DNA of 63,896 nucleotides, the filler included, from Bradymonadales bacterium (GTDB lineage Bacteria > Bdellovibrionota > UBA2394): assembly GCA_007693605.1 (NCBI GenBank). It is 5 parts of 4 records of this genome, joined end to end, with 100 filler letters (N's around TTAATTAATTAA, not from the genome) between each part and the next. Parts side by side here need not be neighbours in the genome. Positions count along the whole stretch, not along the records: positions 1 to 27,991 come from REDG01000067.1; positions 28,092 to 42,443 come from REDG01000055.1; 3 more parts are not named here. The stretch is one strand, 5' to 3'. Of this stretch, positions 20,375 through 28,426 are shown piece by piece. The notes under the pieces were generated by a model that saw only the letters and a program-made list of their open reading frames with translations, had not been told where the DNA came from and did no database searches. Within the stretch, counting starts at the first letter, position 1; every line of letters starts with the position of its first letter. A program made the translations under genes and the position numbers.

Positions 20375-20884
20375 CTAAAGGCAATTCAAAAAAGAAAAAT
20401 TCAATTCCAGAGTCTCTAGAGGCCTTTCAAGTCTACAGACTCTGTTGCTGCCGCTGCCTTCACATAAGAAGCGGCTTCTGACCTCAGACTCTTGTTCAAA
20501 AATCCATCGAAGATCAATGGTCCAATCTTCATTAACCCAGCCAGACCATAGCGATCGCTGTTCGCTCAAATCATGCCGGCCAGAGGAGTCCTGCCAAAAC
20601 GACTCGCCATGACTTCTCAAAATCAGTCGGCCAACCCTCGGCCCTAAAGGGCTGAAGAAAATCCAGTCGGATTCAGTGACTCCACCAAAGCTCTCTTCGT
20701 AGCGAATACTTGTTTCTAAGCGCTCTCTCTTGTCAGCCCGATAAACATTCAGGCTGGCCCTTGCCTGGCAAGCGATGGCGATTTCTGAAGAATCGGAAGG
20801 ACGAGTCGGTAAGAGCTTCGGTTGACAGCCAAAGGACCCTGCCGACAGGCTAATGAGAGTCATCGTCGCCAGAGATCGAGGCAA
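20375..20884 (-). CDS. small lipoprotein (possible LolB-like fold); start TTG 20884 or ATG 20863
   Basis: Lipobox-like SFG-C; FSPLGPRVGRL segment; overlaps the end of the TPR gene. Confidence 0.55.
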   Translation of the reverse strand: MPRSLATMTLISLSAGSFGCQPKLLPTRPSDSSEIAIACQARASLNVYRADKRERLETSIRYEESFGGVTESDWIFFSPLGPRVGRLILRSHGESFWQDSSGRHDLSEQRSLWSGWVNEDWTIDLRWIFEQESEVRSRFLCEGSGSNRVCRLERPLETLELNFSFLNCL

Positions 20885-22673
20885 TCTTTTGAAGAAGTCT
20901 CTCTTGTCTCTCTTCTCCCTCGCCAGAGCTTGTGGGAGATTCAATCTCAGAAGTCGTTTCAGGCGCATTCGTTGAGATGCTAACGGCTTTCTGATATAAC
21001 TCAAGCGCCTCTTCCCTCTTTCCAAGCTTTCGATAGACATCGGCCAGGTGCTCGATGATTTCTGGCTCATCGGGGGCCAGTTCGTGAGCCTTTTCGAGCA
21101 GTTCTTTTGAGCGCTGATATTTTCCTGTTTGATGATAGAGCCAGCCGAGCGAGTCAATGATGTAGGGATTTTGAGGTTCTAGTTGAACCGCTTTAATCAA
21201 AAGCTTCTCTGCCTCTTCAAGATTAATCTTTTTTTCCGCGAAAGTGTAGCCGATGTGATTCATGGCGAGGGCGTGATAGGGGTTCAGTTTCAGAACTTTT
21301 CTCATTTTCTGAATTCCGGCCTCAAAATCGCCTGCGCGATGAAGGTAAGAACCAAGGATGAAGAGAAAGGACTCGTCTCCGTCAATGGTTCTGTTGCCAT
21401 GATGAAGCACTCGAACAGCCTCGGCCACCTCTCCCATTCGATCCAGATAGCCAGCGAGACTCAAGTACAAATCCCTTGCGTCTGGCCGTTTTGAGATCGA
21501 CCGCTGAAGACCCTCAATCACTGTTCTTCGTTCGCCCAAGGCTTCAAAGCGGATTCTTGCAATTTGAAGTTGTGCATCTGTGAAATAAATAGAATCTGGC
21601 GATATTCGATCGTAATATGAGATGGCAGAGCTCAAGTCACTGCGTTGATCGGAAAGTGAGCCCAGATAGAAGTTGACTCGGTTCTGGTCGGCACTAGGTT
21701 CGTTCGACAGAGCCTGAAACATTTCTTCAGATCGATCAAAGTCTTCTAACTTGAAGTAAATCAGGGCCGCTCGCAAAATGTTCTGATGGTTTCGAGGCTG
21801 ATATGAAACGAAGAACTCGATATGAGGGAGAGCTTCGACATGTCTCTCTTGAGCGACCAGTAGGTTGATTATTTTTTCTCTCACTTCATGTCGATCTGAC
21901 TGATATTGAAGCGTCTGCTCATATACCTCGGTCGCTTCGGCAAATTGTCCTGTGCTTTCATAGAGCAGCCCGAGAGACTGAGAGGCGGTAGGGAAGTGAG
22001 GATTCAGATCGAGACTGTGCCGATAAGCCTCGATGGCCTCTGCAAAGCGACCTGACACAAAATGAATCTTTCCTTTGAAATAAGTGGCGACCTCATCATC
22101 TGGCTGTTCACGCAAATGCTCGCGAATCACCTTGAGGGCTTCATCTAAGCGAGACGAGTCTGCCAAAAAAGCAACCAGCAGAAGCCGCACCTCTCTTGCT
22201 TTGCTGGATTCCCCCGTCTTTTGGAGAAGGCGAATGGCTTGCTGCATATCATCGGCAGCTTCTTCAACCCTTCTTTGTAGGCCAATAACTTGTGATCGCA
22301 AGATGTAAAAGTCTGGATTATGGGAATCTGAAATTTTGGAAAGGATGGTTTCAGCATCTCGCACTTGCCCTATGGCGGCCAACTGTTCGGCTTGCTTCAT
22401 CTTTAAAAGCTCTGACTGTGGATCGAGTTCAGCAGCTTGGCGATAAAAATTCAAAGCCGTGGCACTTTCTCTTTGATAGTGGGAAATCTCTCCCATCAAA
22501 AAGAAATAGTAGGGTTGATACCTTTCACTCTGTTTGAGGCTACGAGAACTCTCTGGAGGGGCATCTAAGTTCTTCACCTCAAGATGACTCTTTGAGGCGC
22601 ACTGAAGGCTTGCAAATGACAGAAAGACGGTCAGAATGCTTCTTGATAAATTGCTGTGAATAGTCGTCCCCAC
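20850..22673 (-). CDS. tetratricopeptide-repeat lipoprotein
   Basis: Many TPRs; AMNHIGYTFAE and IIDSLGWLY C-terminal motifs; N-terminal Cys signal. Confidence 0.9.
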   Translation of the reverse strand: MGTTIHSNLSRSILTVFLSFASLQCASKSHLEVKNLDAPPESSRSLKQSERYQPYYFFLMGEISHYQRESATALNFYRQAAELDPQSELLKMKQAEQLAAIGQVRDAETILSKISDSHNPDFYILRSQVIGLQRRVEEAADDMQQAIRLLQKTGESSKAREVRLLLVAFLADSSRLDEALKVIREHLREQPDDEVATYFKGKIHFVSGRFAEAIEAYRHSLDLNPHFPTASQSLGLLYESTGQFAEATEVYEQTLQYQSDRHEVREKIINLLVAQERHVEALPHIEFFVSYQPRNHQNILRAALIYFKLEDFDRSEEMFQALSNEPSADQNRVNFYLGSLSDQRSDLSSAISYYDRISPDSIYFTDAQLQIARIRFEALGERRTVIEGLQRSISKRPDARDLYLSLAGYLDRMGEVAEAVRVLHHGNRTIDGDESFLFILGSYLHRAGDFEAGIQKMRKVLKLNPYHALAMNHIGYTFAEKKINLEEAEKLLIKAVQLEPQNPYIIDSLGWLYHQTGKYQRSKELLEKAHELAPDEPEIIEHLADVYRKLGKREEALELYQKAVSISTNAPETTSEIESPTSSGEGEERQERLLQKIASISGDDDSH

Positions 22674-22770
22674 GCGATAATGGCCCCAGCTATCAGTCTA
22701 AGTGCAAACAAGACACTTCTCTATCCCCCCGCCATCCCTCTAAAATTGTTTGCAAAAATCGTTTAAAACG

Positions 22771-22804
22771 GCCGTTGTGAGTTAAGGGAGTAACTCACAA
22801 CGGC
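22771..22804 (-). terminator. perfect 14-bp hairpin, probable intrinsic terminator of a minus-strand transcript
   Basis: GCCGTTGTGAGTTA-AGGGAG-TAACTCACAACGGC; followed on the minus strand by CGTTTT. Confidence 0.6.
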
Positions 22805-23016
22805 ACCTAGGGAGTAATAAGAGTAATAGGGGTATGCCAGCATAAGAAGCAAGTTGGGTGCCACCATTACGAGAAAGTAAGTGTCTGAAAAGACTTGTTT
22901 GAGGCTCAGCTTCTATGAATCTTTTGCGGGCTAAAGACTCAGATTTGACCGCAGTCCGCTTCGTAGTACCCATGAGCATCGTCGGCCAGGCTGAGAATGC
23001 CCTGGAATTTGGGCCA

Positions 23017-24312
23017 CTAATCTTGAGAGATCATATGTTGAATCGCCTTTTCTCGCTCGTCTCGTACCCAATCTAATCGTGAGTTGAGCGTGAGCGCTTG
23101 GTTCCAGGCTTTGAGGGCCAATTGTATTTTGCCCGTGTGAAAATAGGCGAGTCCCGTATAGGCATAGACAAGATCATCGCTCGCCCTCGTGACCAGTAAA
23201 CTTTCTAGAAGACGAATGGCTTCAGCCTGGTGGTTGAGCTTCAGAAGTGCGACCGCTTCTGATCGTCGAAGTAGGCTCGCGTTCGGATTTGCTTCCATGT
23301 CTTCTCGCAGTTGACGAAAGACGGCCATCTTCTCAGAGTTTGACAAAGTCGTTGAAAGAAAATGGGCCTCGTAGACGAGAGCTCGATCGTTCAACGGCAA
23401 CTGTGACATCTGTCGGATATAAGAGCGGCCCTGTTCAAACTGGCCCGATTCGATGAGCCTCTGAATCTTAGGGCCTGAAGAGGGCTTCGACTGACTAGCC
23501 CGTCTTGAAGCCGGGCTTGAGCCTTTTTGGCCAGTTCTGTTTGAGTTCGAGGGTCTTGCCTGGGTGTTTGGCGGGTTAGTTCGCGAAGACTCTGATCTGG
23601 GTCGCAGCATCTCCTCTAGAAAAAGATCGACCTCAGGTTCTTCTACTCGATCCTGTCTCAAACCAAAGAAGACTAGAGTAATTAGTCCGATACTGCCAAC
23701 GAAGCCAAGACTCCAGCGAAGGGGGTGGGAGCGCAGTTGGTCTATCGCAGCATCGAGTTGTGATTCCGCAGCCGCTTCTTTTCGCATGGGCGATGGGGCC
23801 CCCGCTCTCTGGCGCGGCGAACCCGACGCTTGCAGCGGAGGCGCAGAATCTTCGATGGGGGTGTTGGGTGAAGCGCCGGGCTCATTCTGATCAAAAAAAT
23901 CCGAGTTTTCTTCTGAAGTCGCCTTCCGTTCACTGGGTCTTTCGGCAAGCTCAATCGGTCTGGTGTCGAACTCGATATCTGGAGTTTTATCAGGCCGAGT
24001 TTGCTCCTGAGTCACGGCAGCAATATGCCTCTTTCTCAAGTCGGTGATATAGGCCTCGACCGTTTCATCGAGCAGCTCGCTGGATTGATCAACGGTCTCT
24101 TCGTCATAAAGCAGAGAGTCAGATTCTGACTCGGTTTGATGGATGAAAATTGGAGCTTTCGGAGAGGCATTCTTCTTCTCTGTCGAGCTTTCTTCGTTTG
24201 AAGCCGGGGGCTTCGTGCGAAAGCTGAACTTACAACGACATTTGACGAGTTGAGAAAGCTTTGAGTCAGGAAGCTCAATTTGTTTTCCACACTCTGGGCA
24301 AGAGACAATCAT
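23017..24312 (-). CDS. zinc-ribbon / TM / TPR protein
   Basis: N-terminal CPEC...CRC zinc ribbon, disordered linker, one TM, C-terminal TPR. Confidence 0.75.
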   Translation of the reverse strand: MIVSCPECGKQIELPDSKLSQLVKCRCKFSFRTKPPASNEESSTEKKNASPKAPIFIHQTESESDSLLYDEETVDQSSELLDETVEAYITDLRKRHIAAVTQEQTRPDKTPDIEFDTRPIELAERPSERKATSEENSDFFDQNEPGASPNTPIEDSAPPLQASGSPRQRAGAPSPMRKEAAAESQLDAAIDQLRSHPLRWSLGFVGSIGLITLVFFGLRQDRVEEPEVDLFLEEMLRPRSESSRTNPPNTQARPSNSNRTGQKGSSPASRRASQSKPSSGPKIQRLIESGQFEQGRSYIRQMSQLPLNDRALVYEAHFLSTTLSNSEKMAVFRQLREDMEANPNASLLRRSEAVALLKLNHQAEAIRLLESLLVTRASDDLVYAYTGLAYFHTGKIQLALKAWNQALTLNSRLDWVRDEREKAIQHMISQD

Positions 24313-25133
24313 CTTTTCAGGCTCTTCAATTTTTCCTCATGGTCTTCAGCGCTTTCAGAGTGAAGAATTCGGATGTCTTCATTTCTTTCACTCAGATCAA
24401 CCACGGCAAAGGGAGGATCGAGTTCTTGAACGGTTGGCCGATCGAGCGCGGCCTTTTCTGAGTAGTGAAGCACAACAGCGAGCTTGTCATTGCTGAGTCG
24501 AACGACGGTCTTTGCGGGATAGACCCCCATTGCTGTGATGAAGGCCTGAAGTACGGTTGGATCGAAGACGCATCCATAACCCTTGGACATGATTCGAAGG
24601 GCCATGTCAGGTCTAAGGCGCCTCTGATAGATCCGGTCGGTAGTCATGGCATCAAAAGAGTCTGCAACGGCCACAATGCGACTATAGGGATGCAAACCCA
24701 GCTTTTTGTCGACATTGGGATAGCCCTTTAAATCGAATCGCTGATGATGTTCGAAGGCGGCAGACAAGCGCCTCAGTTTGCCCAAGTCGATATCTTCTAG
24801 CTCACTAAAACTGGTCAAGCTCTCGACGGGATGAGACTGCATGATGGACAGCTCCTCTGGAGTGAACTTTTTAAGCTTGTTGAGCACTTCCAACGGCACT
24901 TTAAGTTTTCCAATATCATGAAGCAAAGCGGCCCAGCCAAGATCAACCAGCATGGACTTGCTGAGTTCGAGTCGTTCTCCGAGCATTACCGATAGTTTTG
25001 CAACATTCAGAGAGTGAAGGTAGGTGTATTCATCATAAGCTTTGATCTTTTCCAATACGCTCAGCTCGATTTGAAACTGGCTGAGATCGCAGGCAATGAT
25101 CGACAACACATCTCTTTCGATTCGGCGCCTCAT
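24309..25133 (-). CDS. HD-GYP domain phosphodiesterase
   Basis: HSLNV, HDIGK, EHHQRFDLKGYP, ADSFDAM; ATGA overlap with the upstream gene fixes the start at 25133. Confidence 0.9.
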   Translation of the reverse strand: MRRRIERDVLSIIACDLSQFQIELSVLEKIKAYDEYTYLHSLNVAKLSVMLGERLELSKSMLVDLGWAALLHDIGKLKVPLEVLNKLKKFTPEELSIMQSHPVESLTSFSELEDIDLGKLRRLSAAFEHHQRFDLKGYPNVDKKLGLHPYSRIVAVADSFDAMTTDRIYQRRLRPDMALRIMSKGYGCVFDPTVLQAFITAMGVYPAKTVVRLSNDKLAVVLHYSEKAALDRPTVQELDPPFAVVDLSERNEDIRILHSESAEDHEEKLKSLKR

Positions 25134-26407
25134 TTTGAACCCCACCTCAAAGATCTAAAGTTTTGTAGAACCTTTTCTGCTTCGTCAGCGACTTCACCTT
25201 GAAGAGAGGGTCGCAGTTCTTTCAGGAACTGAAGGATTTCTGACGAGGGGCTATCGGCTAGAGCTTGGATGATCGACCTCTGAGCTTTTGAGGCGACGGA
25301 CTTTCGTTTGAAAAGTTTGCGCCAAAGACTGGTGTCAGGTTTTAGATAGGCCTTCAGATCTGCAAGTGCCTGAGCCCGATAGCTCAAGAGAAGTGCTTGA
25401 ACCCAAGAGTTAACCAAATCAAGGTTTCTGCCGGTCTCTAGAATTCCTTGAAGAGATCGAATGGCGATTGGGTAGTGTTTTGGCTTCCAGTAGGGGGCAA
25501 GCCATTGAAGCAACAAGCGTTGGGTGGCGGGCTTTAGTTCTAGGCAAATTTCAATTAAAGACTCATGCTCTCTTTCTGCTCGGTAAGTCATGAGCTTAAT
25601 AATCTGTGGCCCGGCTTCGCCGCCCAGCTCTCTTTCGAGGAGCCTGATGAGGAGTTGAATGTCGACAGCCCGAAAGATCTCTGCCCACTGGTGAAACTCG
25701 ACAGGCCTAGCCTCGTAGGCTTTTAGGAGTTCAGTTACCTTTGATTCATCCTTCCACAGGTCTTGAAGTTCATCTTGGTACTCCTGAGTGATGTCTTGAG
25801 CCAGACCCAGAAGAGAATTTTCGATTGCTACTCTCAAAACGCTTCCTATGAGTTGTGGCCAATGGGCCGGAAGTTCTTTTGATTTCTCGAACTTAAACTC
25901 CCTCAGAATTGACAGCATTCGCCGAAGGATGTCTGAGGCTTGAAAAGTTTCGACTTCCTCTCGAAAAGCGAGAACGGCAGCATCGGCCGAGATGCGCGGC
26001 CCCTTCATTTCAAGTATGTCTACTGATTGCAGCACCCGACTTTCAGTCGGGCTTCTCGACGCCCCGATTGCAGGCCAACACTCAATAGCGAGCTCACTTG
26101 GATTGGACTCGGACGATTCGTTCCATTGGCAGAGTTCAAGCTGTAAGTATTCTGGGTCGTGAATAAAGTGTTGTTGGTACTCTTCAATTCGCTTTTGCCA
26201 ATTGCGAAGACTCTGTTTTTGGGGGTTACGAAGAGATACCTTTTTGAAGCCGACCGCTTTGAGAAAGAGAAAGGCGGCCCACAGGTCTTCGAGTGAGGAC
26301 GCTAACTCTTCGTCATTAGAGCCTTTTGAGGACCAAGATTCGGACTCTAAGTCGATCTCGAGGGGGTCATTTAGGCTCTCTAGGATTTTTTCCAAAGACA
26401 GACTCAC
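25130..26407 (-). CDS. hypothetical helical protein
   Basis: 425-aa ORF with AGGAGG SD upstream; coupled to the HD-GYP gene. Confidence 0.7.
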   Translation of the reverse strand: MSLSLEKILESLNDPLEIDLESESWSSKGSNDEELASSLEDLWAAFLFLKAVGFKKVSLRNPQKQSLRNWQKRIEEYQQHFIHDPEYLQLELCQWNESSESNPSELAIECWPAIGASRSPTESRVLQSVDILEMKGPRISADAAVLAFREEVETFQASDILRRMLSILREFKFEKSKELPAHWPQLIGSVLRVAIENSLLGLAQDITQEYQDELQDLWKDESKVTELLKAYEARPVEFHQWAEIFRAVDIQLLIRLLERELGGEAGPQIIKLMTYRAEREHESLIEICLELKPATQRLLLQWLAPYWKPKHYPIAIRSLQGILETGRNLDLVNSWVQALLLSYRAQALADLKAYLKPDTSLWRKLFKRKSVASKAQRSIIQALADSPSSEILQFLKELRPSLQGEVADEAEKVLQNFRSLRWGSK

Positions 26408-26432
26408 CCTCCTATTGTAACACTCGATTGCA

Positions 26433-27170
26433 ATGGCGGAGCCTCGCGGTAAAAGCTTGAAAAGAGATGAATCTTTGGTTTCTCAGCGGCTCGTGCTTGC
26501 CCTCGATCAGTCGTGGGAGGATTGCCGACCCTGGTTGACACGCCTTGGCGGGCGGGTTTGGGGCTTTAAGGTCGGAAGTGTCCTCTATACGGAGCGGGGC
26601 CCCGAAGTGCTTTCTGAACTCGTGGGGGCTGGCTTTCGGGTTTTCTTGGATCTTAAATGGCACGACATTCCTAATACCGTGTTTCGGGCGGCAGAGACGG
26701 CCAAGAGTTTGGGTGTGTCGTGGGCCACGATACATGCTGCGGGTGGCCGCAGGATGATGGAAGAGGCCTCTCGGTTGCAGACGAAAGACTTTCAGTTGGT
26801 TGCGGTGACCTATCTGACAAGCCTTGAATCTGCAGATCTTAGTGATCTTGGCTTTTCGTTTAAAAAGACTGAAGAGGTCGTGTCTCATTTCGTAGATCTC
26901 GCCTATAAATCTGGAATTCGGCATTTCGTGTGCTCGGCACAAGATCTGAAAAGTTTAGCATTGCCAAAACGATATCCCGATGCCAGTTGGATCTGTCCTG
27001 GAATTCGGTTGGCGGGTTCGGCAGCAAAAGACCAGCGGAGGCTGGCAAGCCCTAGAGAAGCACTGGAATGGGGGGCTTCTTATCTGGTCATTGGCAGGAC
27101 GCTGACAGCAGAGGTTGATTGGGAGCAAAAGTGGCAAAGTCTAGTTTCTACTTCGGCAGAAACCCTTTAG
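26433..27170 (+). CDS. pyrF: orotidine-5'-phosphate decarboxylase
   Basis: VLALD, FLDLKWHDIPNTV, CPGIR, DQRR, VIGR. Confidence 0.95.
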   Translation: MAEPRGKSLKRDESLVSQRLVLALDQSWEDCRPWLTRLGGRVWGFKVGSVLYTERGPEVLSELVGAGFRVFLDLKWHDIPNTVFRAAETAKSLGVSWATIHAAGGRRMMEEASRLQTKDFQLVAVTYLTSLESADLSDLGFSFKKTEEVVSHFVDLAYKSGIRHFVCSAQDLKSLALPKRYPDASWICPGIRLAGSAAKDQRRLASPREALEWGASYLVIGRTLTAEVDWEQKWQSLVSTSAETL

Positions 27171-27880
27171 TAGAGGCCCTTCGTTCGGGTGTAAAGGTCG
27201 ACGAGATATTTGTAGAGTCACAGGAGAGCGAGACTTGGCTTCGGGCAGTCTTGCGCTCTGAGTTTGAGGGAGTTGCTGTAAAAGTATCGACCCAGTTTCC
27301 GAGAGATCTAAAGAGAGATGGCGCAAGAACTCAGGGTGTCGCCTTTCGGTCTGACCATCGTTTCTATGTGGATGAGGCGGACATCAATTGGGATAAACAG
27401 AAACGAGTTCTCTTATGTAATCACATAGAGGATGTGCAGAATTTGGGGGCGCTCTCTAGGGCGGCGGCTGCATTTGGTTTTGGTTTGGTAGCGCACGAGT
27501 CACAGAGATCGGCTCGAGTCTCGGAGGCTGTTGTGAGAGCCTCAATGGGCTTGGCCTTTCGGATAAAGTTTTTAGAGTTTTCAAATTTGCTTCCCTTCGT
27601 GCTTCGACTGCAGGCTTCGGGTTTTTCGGTTTTTGGTTTAGAGGCGAACGGAGAGCATTCTTTGTTCGAGTGGGATTTTCATTCTGGAGACAGCTTGGCT
27701 TTAGTCATGGGCTCGGAGTCTCGAGGGCTAGCCAAACCCCTGGAGAGAAAACTCGATTTTCGGCTGAGAATTCCGATGCTTAAGGGGGTGGATTCCATCA
27801 ATGTAGCCCAGGCGGGGGCCATTGCGATGGCAAGGCTTTACGCCGCAGGGCCGGGCGCGATGAGGACCGCTAGCTTTTAG
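27119..27880 (+). CDS. TrmH/SpoU-family RNA methyltransferase (RlmB-like)
   Basis: GRNPLVEAL, EDVQNLGALSR, MGSESRG, IPMLKGVDSINVAQA. Confidence 0.9.
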   Translation: MGAKVAKSSFYFGRNPLVEALRSGVKVDEIFVESQESETWLRAVLRSEFEGVAVKVSTQFPRDLKRDGARTQGVAFRSDHRFYVDEADINWDKQKRVLLCNHIEDVQNLGALSRAAAAFGFGLVAHESQRSARVSEAVVRASMGLAFRIKFLEFSNLLPFVLRLQASGFSVFGLEANGEHSLFEWDFHSGDSLALVMGSESRGLAKPLERKLDFRLRIPMLKGVDSINVAQAGAIAMARLYAAGPGAMRTASF

Positions 27881-27991
27881 ATTTCGTTGTTGCTTTGAGA
27901 GCGGGTTTTTCTGTTAAGTGTGGGGAGCTGCGGGTTTAGCTCACTGTTTTGCGGTGAGCGAGTACTCGAGCGAACGAGAAGGCGAGCAGGG

Positions 27992-28091
27992 NNNNNNNNN
28001 NNNNNNNNNNNNNNNNNNNNNNNNNNNNNNNNNNNTTAATTAATTAANNNNNNNNNNNNNNNNNNNNNNNNNNNNNNNNNNNNNNNNNNNN
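27992..28091. other. artificial contig linker
   Basis: N-run with a central TTAATTAATTAA (stops in all six frames). Confidence 0.98.
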
Positions 28092-28370
28092 CTTTGGGGT
28101 CGTCAACGAACAAAGCCCCTACTATGTTTTTCTTCGTGACCTCCCCCCCCGTGTTGTCCCAGTCCCCCATCAACCGAACGCTTACCTAGTGATGGGTTAC
28201 CACGCCATGAAACGAATAGAACTCATCTACCAAGGCCGGGATCAGTTCATTGACGAAAATGGAGAGATTCTTGGTAAGGGAGATGTCTTTCGGACGATCT
28301 TCCTCGACCCTTAAAACTTGTAGAACAAGTAGATTGCCCCCGACTCTTCAGCTCCACCCACCACAGATCG

Positions 28371-28393
28371 TGGTGGGCGGTGAGGGGCTCGAA
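28371..28393 (-). mobile_element. 3' tRNA fragment (T-loop to CCA, tRNA-Val-like), possible att remnant
   Basis: Minus strand reads TTCGAGC-CCCTC-ACCGCCC-A-CCA with no 5' half of a tRNA. Confidence 0.55.
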
Positions 28394-28426
28394 TCTAGGG
28401 TGTACATGTAGATTCGATTGATCCGA

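Noticed and set aside
20885..21157. Long N-terminal extension of ORF 20375-21157
   Set aside because: Overlaps the TPR gene in another frame; the lipoprotein signal points to a start near 20884/20863
22782..22979. 65-aa minus-strand ORF
   Set aside because: No recognisable motif, and it runs through the repeat/hairpin block; better explained as structured RNA
25125..25150. Possible frameshift fusing the 425-aa ORF to HD-GYP
   Set aside because: The junction is a normal ATGA stop/start overlap with an SD-like GAGGTGGGG
27930..27960. GCGGGTTTAGCTCA resembling a tRNA 5' end
   Set aside because: No D-loop, anticodon or T-arm follows; only a simple hairpin near a contig end
28036..28047. TTAATTAATTAA repeated four times in the window
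   Set aside because: Always centred in N-runs; an artificial six-frame stop linker, not a biological repeat
28207..28314. 35-aa small ORF MKRIELIYQG...
   Set aside because: No SD or recognisable motif and close to a contig edge; cannot be supported
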